The notes beneath the pieces were generated by a model, which saw only the letters and a program-made list of their open reading frames with translations, was not told where the DNA came from and made no database searches. A stretch of DNA of 64,000 nt from an uncultured Burkholderiales bacterium. Its GTDB lineage: Bacteria; Actinomycetota; Acidimicrobiia; IMCC26256; JAGPDB01. Positions within the stretch are counted from its first letter, which is position 1; the number at the start of each line of letters is the position of its first letter. Positions 43,789-52,576 of this stretch are shown piece after piece. Where the stretch lies: the NCBI GenBank assembly GCA_964391505.1, contig CAYMMG010000005.1, forward strand, positions 19,676 to 83,675. Direction: 5' to 3'. A program made the position numbers and the translations under genes.

Positions 43789-44070
43789 ATGTCTATTGAA
43801 GTTCGAATTCCTTCTGTTATGCGATCCAATACCGCTGGTCAGGCGACTGCTCAATGCGCAGGTGATACCGTAGGAACAGTGTTGGAAGACCTTATTGCTC
43901 AGTTTCCTGGGATTGGAGACGTGCTTTTTGGGGATACGAAAACTCTTCATAAATATGTCAATATCTACTTAGATGCTGATGATATTCGTTATGTTGGCGG
44001 ACTTGACGCAAAAATCGGTGAAGCAAAAGAGCTGACAATTCTCCCCGCAGTTGCTGGTGGCTCCGCGTAA
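43789..44070 (+). CDS. cysO: ThiS/MoaD-family sulfur carrier protein CysO (with 2-residue extension after Gly-Gly)
   Basis: 93 aa ending ILPAVAGGSA. It is collinear with the mycobacterial CysO sequence pattern (VNIY..D.D.R...GL......D..TILPAVAGG). Confidence 0.8.
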   Translation: MSIEVRIPSVMRSNTAGQATAQCAGDTVGTVLEDLIAQFPGIGDVLFGDTKTLHKYVNIYLDADDIRYVGGLDAKIGEAKELTILPAVAGGSA

Positions 44071-45005
44071 TGCGCGTTGAATCTGTTCTTGATCTCATTG
44101 GATCAACTCCCATGGTGGGAATCCATGAACTGAGCCCTAACCCGAATGTAAAAATTTATCTCAAACTTGAAGGACAAAACCCTGCGGGTTCGATGAAGGA
44201 TCGAATTGCGCTCGCATTAATTGTCGATGCAGAGAAGCGCGGTGTTCTCAAACCGGGCGGCACGGTTCTTGAATCCTCGAGCGGAAACACTGGAATCGGT
44301 TTGGCAATGGTATGTCGGTTGCGCGGATACCGTTTAGTTGTGGTTGTTGCGGATAACGTAACGAAAGAACGCATTGATTTGTTGAAATCATTTGGAGCGG
44401 AAATCATTTTTTCACCCGGCACACTGGGGAGCAACGGAGCAATAGTTCGCGCAAAAGAATTAAGCGCAAACAATCCCGATTGGGTATTGCTCTATCAATA
44501 TGGAAATGAAGCAAATTCACTCGCACATGAAGAAACAACGGGTCCGGAAATATTAGAGGATTGCCCGGAGATTGATTTTTTCGTTGCGGGTCTTGGAACA
44601 TCGGGGACGCTTATGGGTGTGTCTCGCTATTTTCGTAAAGCAAAGCCTGACGTAAAAATTATTGCAGTCGAACCTCCAACAGGAGAATCTGTGACGGGGT
44701 TGCGTTCGCTCGAAGACGGATTTATTCCAGAAATATTTGACGCAGATTTGATTGATCGCAAAATCATGATTCGCTCACAAGAATCTCTTGAAATGACCCG
44801 AGAGCTTTTAAATACGTGCGGGATCTTTGTCGGCGTGTCAACAGGAGCTGTTGTCGCAGGTGCGGTCAAACAAGCCCAGCAAATTGAATCGGGAACGATT
44901 GTTGTTGTTTCACCTGATTCGGGATGGAAGTATTTATCTGCGGGTGTGTGGACCGATAACCTCGATGATGTAGTAAGCACATCCGAAACTATTAACTTTT
45001 GGTAA
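44070..45005 (+). CDS. cysM: PLP-dependent cysteine synthase (CysM-type, CysO-thiocarboxylate dependent)
   Basis: 311 aa with NPAGSMKDR (PLP Lys) and SSGNTGIGLA motifs. Its start overlaps the cysO stop. Confidence 0.85.
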   Translation: MRVESVLDLIGSTPMVGIHELSPNPNVKIYLKLEGQNPAGSMKDRIALALIVDAEKRGVLKPGGTVLESSSGNTGIGLAMVCRLRGYRLVVVVADNVTKERIDLLKSFGAEIIFSPGTLGSNGAIVRAKELSANNPDWVLLYQYGNEANSLAHEETTGPEILEDCPEIDFFVAGLGTSGTLMGVSRYFRKAKPDVKIIAVEPPTGESVTGLRSLEDGFIPEIFDADLIDRKIMIRSQESLEMTRELLNTCGIFVGVSTGAVVAGAVKQAQQIESGTIVVVSPDSGWKYLSAGVWTDNLDDVVSTSETINFW

Positions 45006-45008
45006 AGC

Positions 45009-45986
45009 ATGATTACTCAAGATATCCAACTCTGCGTTGATGCGTTAACCCGTGGAGAAGTTGTCGCGTTTCCTACGGAAACCGTGTTCGGCTTGGGAGC
45101 ACGTTCGGATTCACCTGAAGCAATACGAAAGATATATGACATCAAAGGTCGCCCCGCTGACCATCCGCTTATCGCTCATTGTTCGGATGTCGATGTGGCT
45201 CTAGCTCTTTCTCCTGATGTTCCGGATTATGCACGTGCTCTCGCAGCAGAATTTTGGCCAGGACCGATGACGTTAATTTTTCGTCGTGCAGGGAGTGACG
45301 CAATCTGCGATGAAGCGGTAGGAGGACATGATACCGTCGCTATTCGTGTCCCTTCTCATGAAATTGCACGTGAGCTGCTGGCCCCTTGTGGTTTCTTTGT
45401 GTCTGCGCCTTCCGCAAATAAATTCGGTCGCGTATCTCCTACGACAACAGAGCACGTGCGATCTGAATTTGGAGATGACATTCTTATTCTCGATGGCGAG
45501 CCCTCACAATGCGGTGTCGAATCGACGATCATCTCGTGTACTGGTTCACACCCACACGTTATCCGCGCTGGTGCAATCACTACACAAGACATATTACGTG
45601 TAACAGGCCACGACGTCTCATCTGATCTAGCTAACTCAAGCGATGACAATGTAGCTGCACCCGGGACATTAGAAAACCATTATGCTCCTCGCATTCCTGT
45701 TTACGTTGTAGCTGACGAGCAAGCGATTGAGTTCACGGAAGGACTGAGCCCAGAAAATTCTGCATTTTTGTCTTTTGGTCAGCCCTCTCAAACTTTCTTG
45801 TTGTCCTTGGTTGTGCATTCCTACGATGATTATGCTCGCCAGCTCTACGACTTCTTTCGTCAAGCTGAAGTGAATGGGTGCGAAGCTATTTTCGCTGTGG
45901 CCCCTGAGAACGAAGGAATCGGTGTGGCGATCAATGATCGCTTAAGCAAAGCGTCGCATTCTTTAACGGAATCAAGCAATGGCTGA
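45009..45986 (+). CDS. tsaC: L-threonylcarbamoyladenylate synthase (YrdC + Sua5 domains)
   Basis: 325 aa with VVAFPTETVFGLG, KGRPADHPL and SAPSANKFGRVSPT motifs plus a C-terminal Sua5 domain. Confidence 0.85.
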   Translation: MITQDIQLCVDALTRGEVVAFPTETVFGLGARSDSPEAIRKIYDIKGRPADHPLIAHCSDVDVALALSPDVPDYARALAAEFWPGPMTLIFRRAGSDAICDEAVGGHDTVAIRVPSHEIARELLAPCGFFVSAPSANKFGRVSPTTTEHVRSEFGDDILILDGEPSQCGVESTIISCTGSHPHVIRAGAITTQDILRVTGHDVSSDLANSSDDNVAAPGTLENHYAPRIPVYVVADEQAIEFTEGLSPENSAFLSFGQPSQTFLLSLVVHSYDDYARQLYDFFRQAEVNGCEAIFAVAPENEGIGVAINDRLSKASHSLTESSNG

Positions 45987-48669
45987 TGCATCGCAGCGCG
46001 AAGGAATCTTCGTTATCCATCAGCCGACATATGAAAAAAATGAACATTCGCTCACGCTGACGTGTACCTATGAATCCCAACAAACTGACGGCGACACGCA
46101 TGTCTTTACCGAAACATTTAAGTTCACATTTCCTGAGTCAATTCACTTAGATGAGATAGATTCAGATCAAATCAACGCCACCGCGCGTCATGTTGCTATA
46201 GCTGCAGCGCCGAGTTATTACAAAGCGACTGTTTTACCAGTAGTTGCCCTTGATTTTCCTATGAGCACAGAAACAAAAGAGTGGTTGCGAGCGCTTTTCG
46301 ATCAAGGCTTACGCGAATTCTGGTTCCGTAATGGATTTGATCTCACAAAGGAAATTGACTTTTCTGCTCCAAGTATTAATGACACAAGTGGAAAGAAGCC
46401 GAAATCATCGAGGAATGCGAAAGACAAAATAAAGTATCTGGTTCCTATTGGTGGAGGAAAAGATTCTGCAACGACTTTGCACATCTTGTCTCGCAGTGGT
46501 GCGGATGTTGTTGGGTTTTCGATTGGCGATTTTAATTCAATTAATGAAACTGCACGTGTGGCTGGTATTGAGGTGGTCCGTGTTGCTCGAATAATTGACC
46601 CGTTACTTTTTGATCTCAATGCGCAAGGTGCCCCCAACGGCCATGTACCTGTGACGGCGATAACGTCAACCCTTGCGTGTATTGCAGCTCTTGGAATTGG
46701 TGCCGACGCAGTTGTGATGAGCAACGAGCGTTCCGCTGATGAACCGACGCGTGTTGTGGGGGATATTGAAGTCAATCATCAGTGGTCAAAGTCTTGTGAA
46801 GCAGAAAACCTTCTTCGTTTGGCCTTGGATAGTTCAGGTTGCGATATTGAATATTTTTCTTTGTTGCGTTCATCATCTGAATATGAAATTTTCTCAATTT
46901 TTTCTCAGTGCGATGAATTCCATACAGTGTTCACGAGCTGCAATCGTACGTTTCGCATTGATGAGGCCCAGCGCGCATCGACATGGTGTGCCGATTGCGA
47001 TAAGTGTCGTTTCGTGTTCCTCGGTTTGAGTGCATTCCGAGGCGCTCTTTACGCATCCCAAATCTTTAGCGTGAATATGTTTGATGATGAATCCCAAAAA
47101 CAAGGCTTTCTTGATCTCCTCGGTATTGGTGATAACAAACCGTTCGAGTGCGTCGGTACTGTTCGAGAGTCACGAATGCTGGCACGCAACGCATTGAAGT
47201 GGGACGCGGCTGCAGGTTCGATTGTAGGCAAGACGCTTGCAGAGGCGTTGGGTGGCATGAATGTTCTAGATGAAAAAACTCCAGTTTCTTCTCATGAAGA
47301 TTTCATTCCAGAAGATCTGCGAAAAAATATCGAATCAATTCAAGTGGAGCAGTATAAGAAGCATTTGAAAGGTCATCTATCCGGTCAGAAAATTGGTGTA
47401 ATGGGACTCGGTCGTGATACTTCCGCCATCATTCGATTTCTTGACTCTTGTGGTTGCACTCAACCGATTCAGGTATTTCAACCTTCGAGCGAAGGATTAA
47501 CAGAAGAGGATTTTCGAGCGCAACGAGAAAAAGTGGGACTTGAAAATATTTCGATCGAGCTGATCCTAACTCGCGACATTGCAAACCTGAATGCAGATAT
47601 CGTTTTCGTGAGTCCGGGAATCTCTCGATATTCTTCGGAAGTACAGACATTAGGAGGGCGAGCAACGACTCCGCTTGCATGGTGGCTCTCGTATAACAAA
47701 GAGCATTTTCCTTCCAAGTGTTATATCGGAGTGACGGGAACCAAGGGCAAGAGTACAACTGCATCAATGTTGGGTCACGTGCTCGATCGCTCTGTTGTCG
47801 CGGGCAATCTTGGTCACGCCGTCGGAGAGGTCCGCGTTGAAGAATTATTAACAGCCGATTACATCGTGCTCGAAGTGTCAAGTTATCAAGCAAGCTATGT
47901 TACGACTTCACCGGATGTAGTTGCCGTTACATCTTTGTTTGACTGTCATATCGATTGGCATCGCACTCCAGAAAATTACCGTAAAGATAAGTTGAATCTT
48001 GCGCTGCAAGGACCTAACGAAATTGTTGTATCAGACACTATTGACGATTTTGCCCCCATGCTGATCGATATAAGAAAAGAACAAGCGCTTGTTGATCACG
48101 TCGATGTCATTACTTTTATTCCGAGTAGTGAAAGGTCTCTACTCGAACGTAACCATGATATGGTTCGCGCTATTGCTGAACTTGTTGCACCGCATATGTC
48201 CGAGTGGGAAATCACTGAGAAACTGGCAACATTTGCACCCCTGAAGCATCGACAAGAAGTTATCGCAACCAAGAATGGTGTGGTTTATATTTCTGATGTT
48301 CTCAGTACTGCTCCCTTAGCGGTGTTGATGGCAGTTGATGATTTTTCTCTGCGCTATCCCAATGCCACGGTCTATCTTTTGTGCGGGGGAGCAGATCGTG
48401 ATGTGCATCTGGATCCACTCATTGAAGGGTTAAATGTACGAAAAGATCGAGTCGTAACGATAACGCTTCCTGAAACGGGACACATGATGGAAGGCAAAAT
48501 TGAGAATGCCCACCACTGTGATGAACTGAGCAATGCTGTTCCCTATGTAGCCAGCGTGGCTAAGCCTGGCGATGTTGTCCTTCTCGCTCCTGGAGCACCG
48601 AGTTTCCATCGCTACGAGAATTACGCCAAACTCGCAGAGCACTTTGAACAGCTTGTTGGTGATCTCTAG
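45979..48669 (+). CDS. two-domain fusion: N-terminal PP-loop-like ATP-utilising domain (MurL-type epimerase candidate) + C-terminal MurD-family ligase
   Basis: 896 aa. The N-terminal half carries LVPIGGGKDSATT (SGGKDS-like PP-loop) and a CADCDKC Cys cluster. The C-terminal half has the MurD Rossmann KIGVMGLGRDTS, the GVTGTKGKSTTASM P-loop, and the remaining Mur-ligase middle and C-terminal domain pattern. Confidence 0.7.
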   Translation: MADASQREGIFVIHQPTYEKNEHSLTLTCTYESQQTDGDTHVFTETFKFTFPESIHLDEIDSDQINATARHVAIAAAPSYYKATVLPVVALDFPMSTETKEWLRALFDQGLREFWFRNGFDLTKEIDFSAPSINDTSGKKPKSSRNAKDKIKYLVPIGGGKDSATTLHILSRSGADVVGFSIGDFNSINETARVAGIEVVRVARIIDPLLFDLNAQGAPNGHVPVTAITSTLACIAALGIGADAVVMSNERSADEPTRVVGDIEVNHQWSKSCEAENLLRLALDSSGCDIEYFSLLRSSSEYEIFSIFSQCDEFHTVFTSCNRTFRIDEAQRASTWCADCDKCRFVFLGLSAFRGALYASQIFSVNMFDDESQKQGFLDLLGIGDNKPFECVGTVRESRMLARNALKWDAAAGSIVGKTLAEALGGMNVLDEKTPVSSHEDFIPEDLRKNIESIQVEQYKKHLKGHLSGQKIGVMGLGRDTSAIIRFLDSCGCTQPIQVFQPSSEGLTEEDFRAQREKVGLENISIELILTRDIANLNADIVFVSPGISRYSSEVQTLGGRATTPLAWWLSYNKEHFPSKCYIGVTGTKGKSTTASMLGHVLDRSVVAGNLGHAVGEVRVEELLTADYIVLEVSSYQASYVTTSPDVVAVTSLFDCHIDWHRTPENYRKDKLNLALQGPNEIVVSDTIDDFAPMLIDIRKEQALVDHVDVITFIPSSERSLLERNHDMVRAIAELVAPHMSEWEITEKLATFAPLKHRQEVIATKNGVVYISDVLSTAPLAVLMAVDDFSLRYPNATVYLLCGGADRDVHLDPLIEGLNVRKDRVVTITLPETGHMMEGKIENAHHCDELSNAVPYVASVAKPGDVVLLAPGAPSFHRYENYAKLAEHFEQLVGDL

Positions 48670-48675
48670 CTTCGA

Positions 48676-48754
48676 TACAACTGAACGAACTGTTGTAGTT
48701 TGGTTTGGTATGGGGAGGGCCGCACCTGCTGCTTCGCACCAGGAACAACCCTAA
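48676..48754 (+). repeat. family A intergenic element, full unit
   Basis: ACAACTGAACGAACTGTTG...TATGGGGAGGGCCGCACCTGCTGCTTCGCACCAGGAACAACCCTAA. It starts 6 nt after the stop of the PP-loop::MurD gene. Confidence 0.9.
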
Positions 48755-48804
48755 CTGCAAGTCTCTTTTCCAAGGTCAGACCTCCTTGCACCTAATATTG
48801 CATC

Positions 48805-49566
48805 ATGACTTTTACGCGCCACGATAACCGAACACCCGAACAACTTCGTACGATAAGTTTCGAACGTGACTATACAAAGTATGCACTGGGTTCAGTGCTG
48901 GTGAGCTTTGGTAATACCCGTGTCTTATGTACGGCATCGATGGAGCAAGACGTACCTCGTTGGATGAAAAATTCTGGCAGAGGCTGGGTGACCGCAGAAT
49001 ATTCGATGCTCCCTGGTTCTTCACCTCAACGAGTGACTCGTGAAGCCGCAAAAGGAAAGCAGTCGGGGCGCACCCAGGAAATTCAACGATTGATCGGACG
49101 CGCATTGCGAGGGGTGACAGACCTTACGTTGATGCCCGACATTTCAATCGTGCTGGACTGCGATGTTCTTCAAGCCGATGGCGGAACACGCACCGCATCC
49201 ATTTGCGGAAGTTATGTCGCACTTCACGATGCATTTACTCGTCTCGTTCAAGCGCAAGTGATTGGAACGAATCCGCTAACCGCTCAGTGTGCTGCGCTTT
49301 CGGTGGGAATTGTCGAGGCTGTTCCTGTAACTGATCTTGACTATCCAGAAGATTCCAATGCTGAAGTTGATATGAATGTTGTGATGGCGGGGGACCGGCT
49401 TATTGAAGTCCAAGGCACTGCAGAAGGTATGGCATTTACAAAAAATGAACTAGATCAACTTATTGAACTTGCGAGTAACGGTATTGCAGAGATTATGGCA
49501 TTACAAACAGAAGTTCTTTCCGTCCCTCCCTCACCACGAGAAATAAATCTTCGCTCCCAGGACTAA
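48805..49566 (+). CDS. rph: ribonuclease PH
   Basis: 253 aa with [33 protein letters not shown] and [16 protein letters not shown] motifs. Confidence 0.95.
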   Translation: MTFTRHDNRTPEQLRTISFERDYTKYALGSVLVSFGNTRVLCTASMEQDVPRWMKNSGRGWVTAEYSMLPGSSPQRVTREAAKGKQSGRTQEIQRLIGRALRGVTDLTLMPDISIVLDCDVLQADGGTRTASICGSYVALHDAFTRLVQAQVIGTNPLTAQCAALSVGIVEAVPVTDLDYPEDSNAEVDMNVVMAGDRLIEVQGTAEGMAFTKNELDQLIELASNGIAEIMALQTEVLSVPPSPREINLRSQD

Positions 49567-49570
49567 TTAC

Positions 49571-50173
49571 ATGTCTCGCTTTCTTCTTGCAACACATAAC
49601 CCGGACAAAGTTAAAGAAATCGAATCGATCTTTCGAGATGCATTGGGTGACGACATTGAATTTGTTGTCGGTATTGATCCTGGTGACGTAGAAGAAGATG
49701 GCGATACCATCGAAGAAAATTCCATGATTAAAGCGACTGCGTGGTTAGAAGTGAATCCTGATTGCGTGGTTCTCAGCGATGATACGGGTTTTTTTGTTGA
49801 AGCGCTCGATGGTGCACCTGGTATATATGCGGCACGTTATGCAGGGGAAAACGCCACGTATGCTGATAACTGCAACAAGGTGCTGCGAGAACTAGGCGAA
49901 TCGACCAATCGTCGTGCGCGTTTTTCTACGTGTGCAACCGCAGTGAGGTCAGATTCTCCTTCTATCGTTTCTACAGGAAGTGTTGAAGGGTTGATTGTTA
50001 AGGAAGATCGTGGCCTTGATGGTTTTGGGTATGATCCTATTTTTATTCCTTCGGATGATGAAGACGGGGAAACCTTTGCCGAAATGGGCATTAACGTCAA
50101 GAACATGATTTCTCATCGTGCTCGAGCATTCCGTGCTTTGGCCATGGGAATCAAGAATGCAGGATGGCAATAG
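49571..50173 (+). CDS. rdgB: dITP/XTP pyrophosphatase (RdgB/HAM1)
   Basis: 200 aa with ATHNPDKVKE, DDTGFFVEALDGAPGIYAARYAG and GYDPIF...SHRA motifs. Confidence 0.9.
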   Translation: MSRFLLATHNPDKVKEIESIFRDALGDDIEFVVGIDPGDVEEDGDTIEENSMIKATAWLEVNPDCVVLSDDTGFFVEALDGAPGIYAARYAGENATYADNCNKVLRELGESTNRRARFSTCATAVRSDSPSIVSTGSVEGLIVKEDRGLDGFGYDPIFIPSDDEDGETFAEMGINVKNMISHRARAFRALAMGIKNAGWQ

Positions 50174-50258
50174 AGAAAATTAACGATGAGCTTGAAGCAT
50201 TGAGCAAGAAGGCATCGGCGATACTGGCTCACCCGCAAAATAATCCTAAAGTAGTCCT

Positions 50259-50612
50259 ATGGCAATGCGTTATGACTGCAAGAACTTTGAGTCTCGCACA
50301 TATGCAACGGGTGAAGTGGTGCGCAGATGTCGAATGGATTTAGCTCCGAATGCCCCATGGGAATGCCCACAAGATTGTTTGGCATTTGAGAAACGATTGG
50401 TCGACGTTGGATGGGACTACGGGAGTCTTGCGCAACCCATAGTGACACCTGTGGAAAAAGTAGCAGGGGCGAATCCCGACCATGCGGCCAATATTCTCGA
50501 TGAAGCAGAAGATATTGTTAATGCCATTACTCCTGAACTGTTGGCTGAGTTCCGTGCTTTAGATGAATCGAATAAAAAAGGCCGCCGTAAGAAAAAAAGG
50601 AAAAAGAAATGA
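50259..50612 (+). CDS. hypothetical Cys-rich protein with polybasic tail
   Basis: 117 aa with C-x(18)-C-x(11)-C-x3-C spacing and a C-terminus of KKGRRKKKRKKK. Its stop overlaps the rpiA start. Confidence 0.5.
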   Translation: MAMRYDCKNFESRTYATGEVVRRCRMDLAPNAPWECPQDCLAFEKRLVDVGWDYGSLAQPIVTPVEKVAGANPDHAANILDEAEDIVNAITPELLAEFRALDESNKKGRRKKKRKKK

Positions 50613-51304
50613 CCTCTCAAAATTTTTCTATAGATACCGATGCTCTTTGGGCCAACGTCTCTAATCGTGAAGCCAAAGAATCCATTGCACAAGAAATTGT
50701 TGGACGTGCAAGCGATGGTCAGACAATAGGGTTTGGGAGTGGCACAACTTCAATGGTGTGCGCGATTGAGTTTGGTAAGGCTGCCGCTTCAGGTTTACAG
50801 ATTTCTGCTGTTGTGACTTCACTTGAACTTGAGTGGCTCTGTGTGAAACTCGGCATTGATGTTTTAGAAATTGGTGAAACATCAATTGATTGGTGTTTTG
50901 ATGGAGCTGACGAAGTTGATACACAGGGAAATCTCCTCAAAGGGCGAGGGGGTGCAATGCACCGCGAACGACTCGTTTTTGCCGCTGCTGCCCAGCGTGT
51001 TGTTGTCGCTGATCCTTCTAAAGATGTAGCGGTTCTTGGAGAAAAGTTTCCCGCCCCTGTGGAGATCGAACCTATATATGCTATCGATGCAATGGCTGCC
51101 GTGGGCTCAATGGGTTTTGATTCCGTTTCTTTGCGTACAGGCGAGGGCAAAGATGGCCCGGTAATTACAGAATCAGGAAACATCATTGCTGATGTTATCT
51201 TTCGTGACGGTTTTACAAACGAAGTCGCGGAAAGCATTTCAGAAATAGAAGGTGTAGTCGATACGGGGTTGTTTATGGGCTTTGATTTTGAAAGATTGAG
51301 CTAA
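50609..51304 (+). CDS. rpiA: ribose-5-phosphate isomerase A
   Basis: 231 aa with GFGSGTTS, DGADEVD and LKGRGGAMHRE motifs. Confidence 0.85.
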   Translation: MTSQNFSIDTDALWANVSNREAKESIAQEIVGRASDGQTIGFGSGTTSMVCAIEFGKAAASGLQISAVVTSLELEWLCVKLGIDVLEIGETSIDWCFDGADEVDTQGNLLKGRGGAMHRERLVFAAAAQRVVVADPSKDVAVLGEKFPAPVEIEPIYAIDAMAAVGSMGFDSVSLRTGEGKDGPVITESGNIIADVIFRDGFTNEVAESISEIEGVVDTGLFMGFDFERLS

Positions 51305-51334
51305 CTGCGAAGCCCTTTGCGTAGATGTGGTCAG

Positions 51335-52330
51335 CTATCTAAGAAGGGATGTAATTTCTTTCCACAATACCTCGGGTACCTCAATTGAGCCCGCACTCAT
51401 TGCAGCTTCTGATCGATTTTTTGCGCCTTCACCAGGAATTCGAATTACTTCTCCAGGGAGGGGATGAGTTGATTTAATTTCTTCTATTCCCTTGGAAGTT
51501 TCTTTCACGAATGCTTCATAACCGCCAAATAATTCTGGATCGTACACAGTAATTGTTCCTGAGTTGGGAGGCCAGGGTTTCGAAAAATCTGTTGCATCTG
51601 CTTCATTTAGCATCGCGTTTCCCAACATGGGTCCGTTGAGCATTGCAATCAGCATCGAAATAGCAAATCCTTTGTGGCCGCCAAATGCTTCTACCGAATG
51701 TGCTTCGCTCGGTTTTGTGGCTGAAGCACCAGTGTCAGTTAAAAACGTGTCAACGGGCAAGTCGGTTCCATATTTATTTGCAATGCGGATGTTTCCCCAT
51801 GCTCGTTTAGAAGTTGCCATTTCTATTTCAAGTGGTGTGTCTAGTGTCGGGAAGGCAAAGGCTATAGGGTTGGTGCCTAGTGTCGGGTCATATCCGCCTG
51901 GAGGAGCAAGTGCTAATCCGCTGCCAATATTTGTAACAACGCCGATGCATTTCTTTTTAGCTACGTAATGGGCAATGGCGCCAGGGCGTGACCAGTCCTT
52001 CATGTTTTTTATGATCGCAGTGCCAATGCCTTCGGTCTGTGCGATTTCTATGGCCTCATCTGCAGCTCTTCGCGCAATAGCGATGCCTGAATTTCCTTTA
52101 GCGTCGATATAGAAAACAGAATGAGAGTGAAGGATAACCTCAGGTTCAGCGCAGCGAGAAAAGTCGTGTTTTGCATATTCTGGAAACGGAGCTAAACCGT
52201 GTGTTGGCTGGCCACGAAGTTCTCCACCGAGATACACATCAATGATCAATTCAGAATCGACTAAGGAATATCCTTGTTGCGAGAGTATCTTGCGCATAGT
52301 TTCTTGAATTTCAGATATTTGAATAAGCAT
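51335..52330 (-). CDS. Ldh2 family (malate/L-lactate/sulfolactate dehydrogenase-like) oxidoreductase
   Basis: 331 aa with GQPTHGL and GGHKGFAISMLI patterns typical of the Ldh_2 family. Confidence 0.7.
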   Translation of the reverse strand: MLIQISEIQETMRKILSQQGYSLVDSELIIDVYLGGELRGQPTHGLAPFPEYAKHDFSRCAEPEVILHSHSVFYIDAKGNSGIAIARRAADEAIEIAQTEGIGTAIIKNMKDWSRPGAIAHYVAKKKCIGVVTNIGSGLALAPPGGYDPTLGTNPIAFAFPTLDTPLEIEMATSKRAWGNIRIANKYGTDLPVDTFLTDTGASATKPSEAHSVEAFGGHKGFAISMLIAMLNGPMLGNAMLNEADATDFSKPWPPNSGTITVYDPELFGGYEAFVKETSKGIEEIKSTHPLPGEVIRIPGEGAKNRSEAAMSAGSIEVPEVLWKEITSLLR

Positions 52331-52385
52331 AAGGAAACACTAGTTTGGCCATAGAAACTGTGCATAATTTCCATTACAAAGAAGT

Positions 52386-52471
52386 TGGTACGAGCGGAGG
52401 GACTTGAACCCTCACGTCCAATGGACACTAGGACCTAAACCTAGCGCGTCTGCCAATTCCGCCACGCTCGC
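52386..52471 (-). tRNA. tRNA-Leu (anticodon UAG), CCA encoded
   Basis: The reverse complement folds as a cloverleaf. The acceptor is GCGAGCG/CGCUCGU, the anticodon loop UUUAGGU has UAG at positions 34-36, the variable arm is long, the T arm is GAGGGUUCAAGUCCCUC, and the 3' end is ACCA. Confidence 0.9.
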
Positions 52472-52576
52472 ATGAGTACCACAGTTTAGAGGTGTACCGA
52501 CAATACTGAAGAATTGCACCCATCATTCCGATAACACGAAGAAGTGCCTACAATCGTAGGGATGAGTGGAGGAGAT

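Noticed and set aside
21649-48754. Interpreting the recurring intergenic elements as a CRISPR array.
   Set aside because: The units are dispersed singly or in pairs across 27 kb between ordinary genes. Spacing is irregular, no unique-spacer pattern is present, and no cas genes are present.
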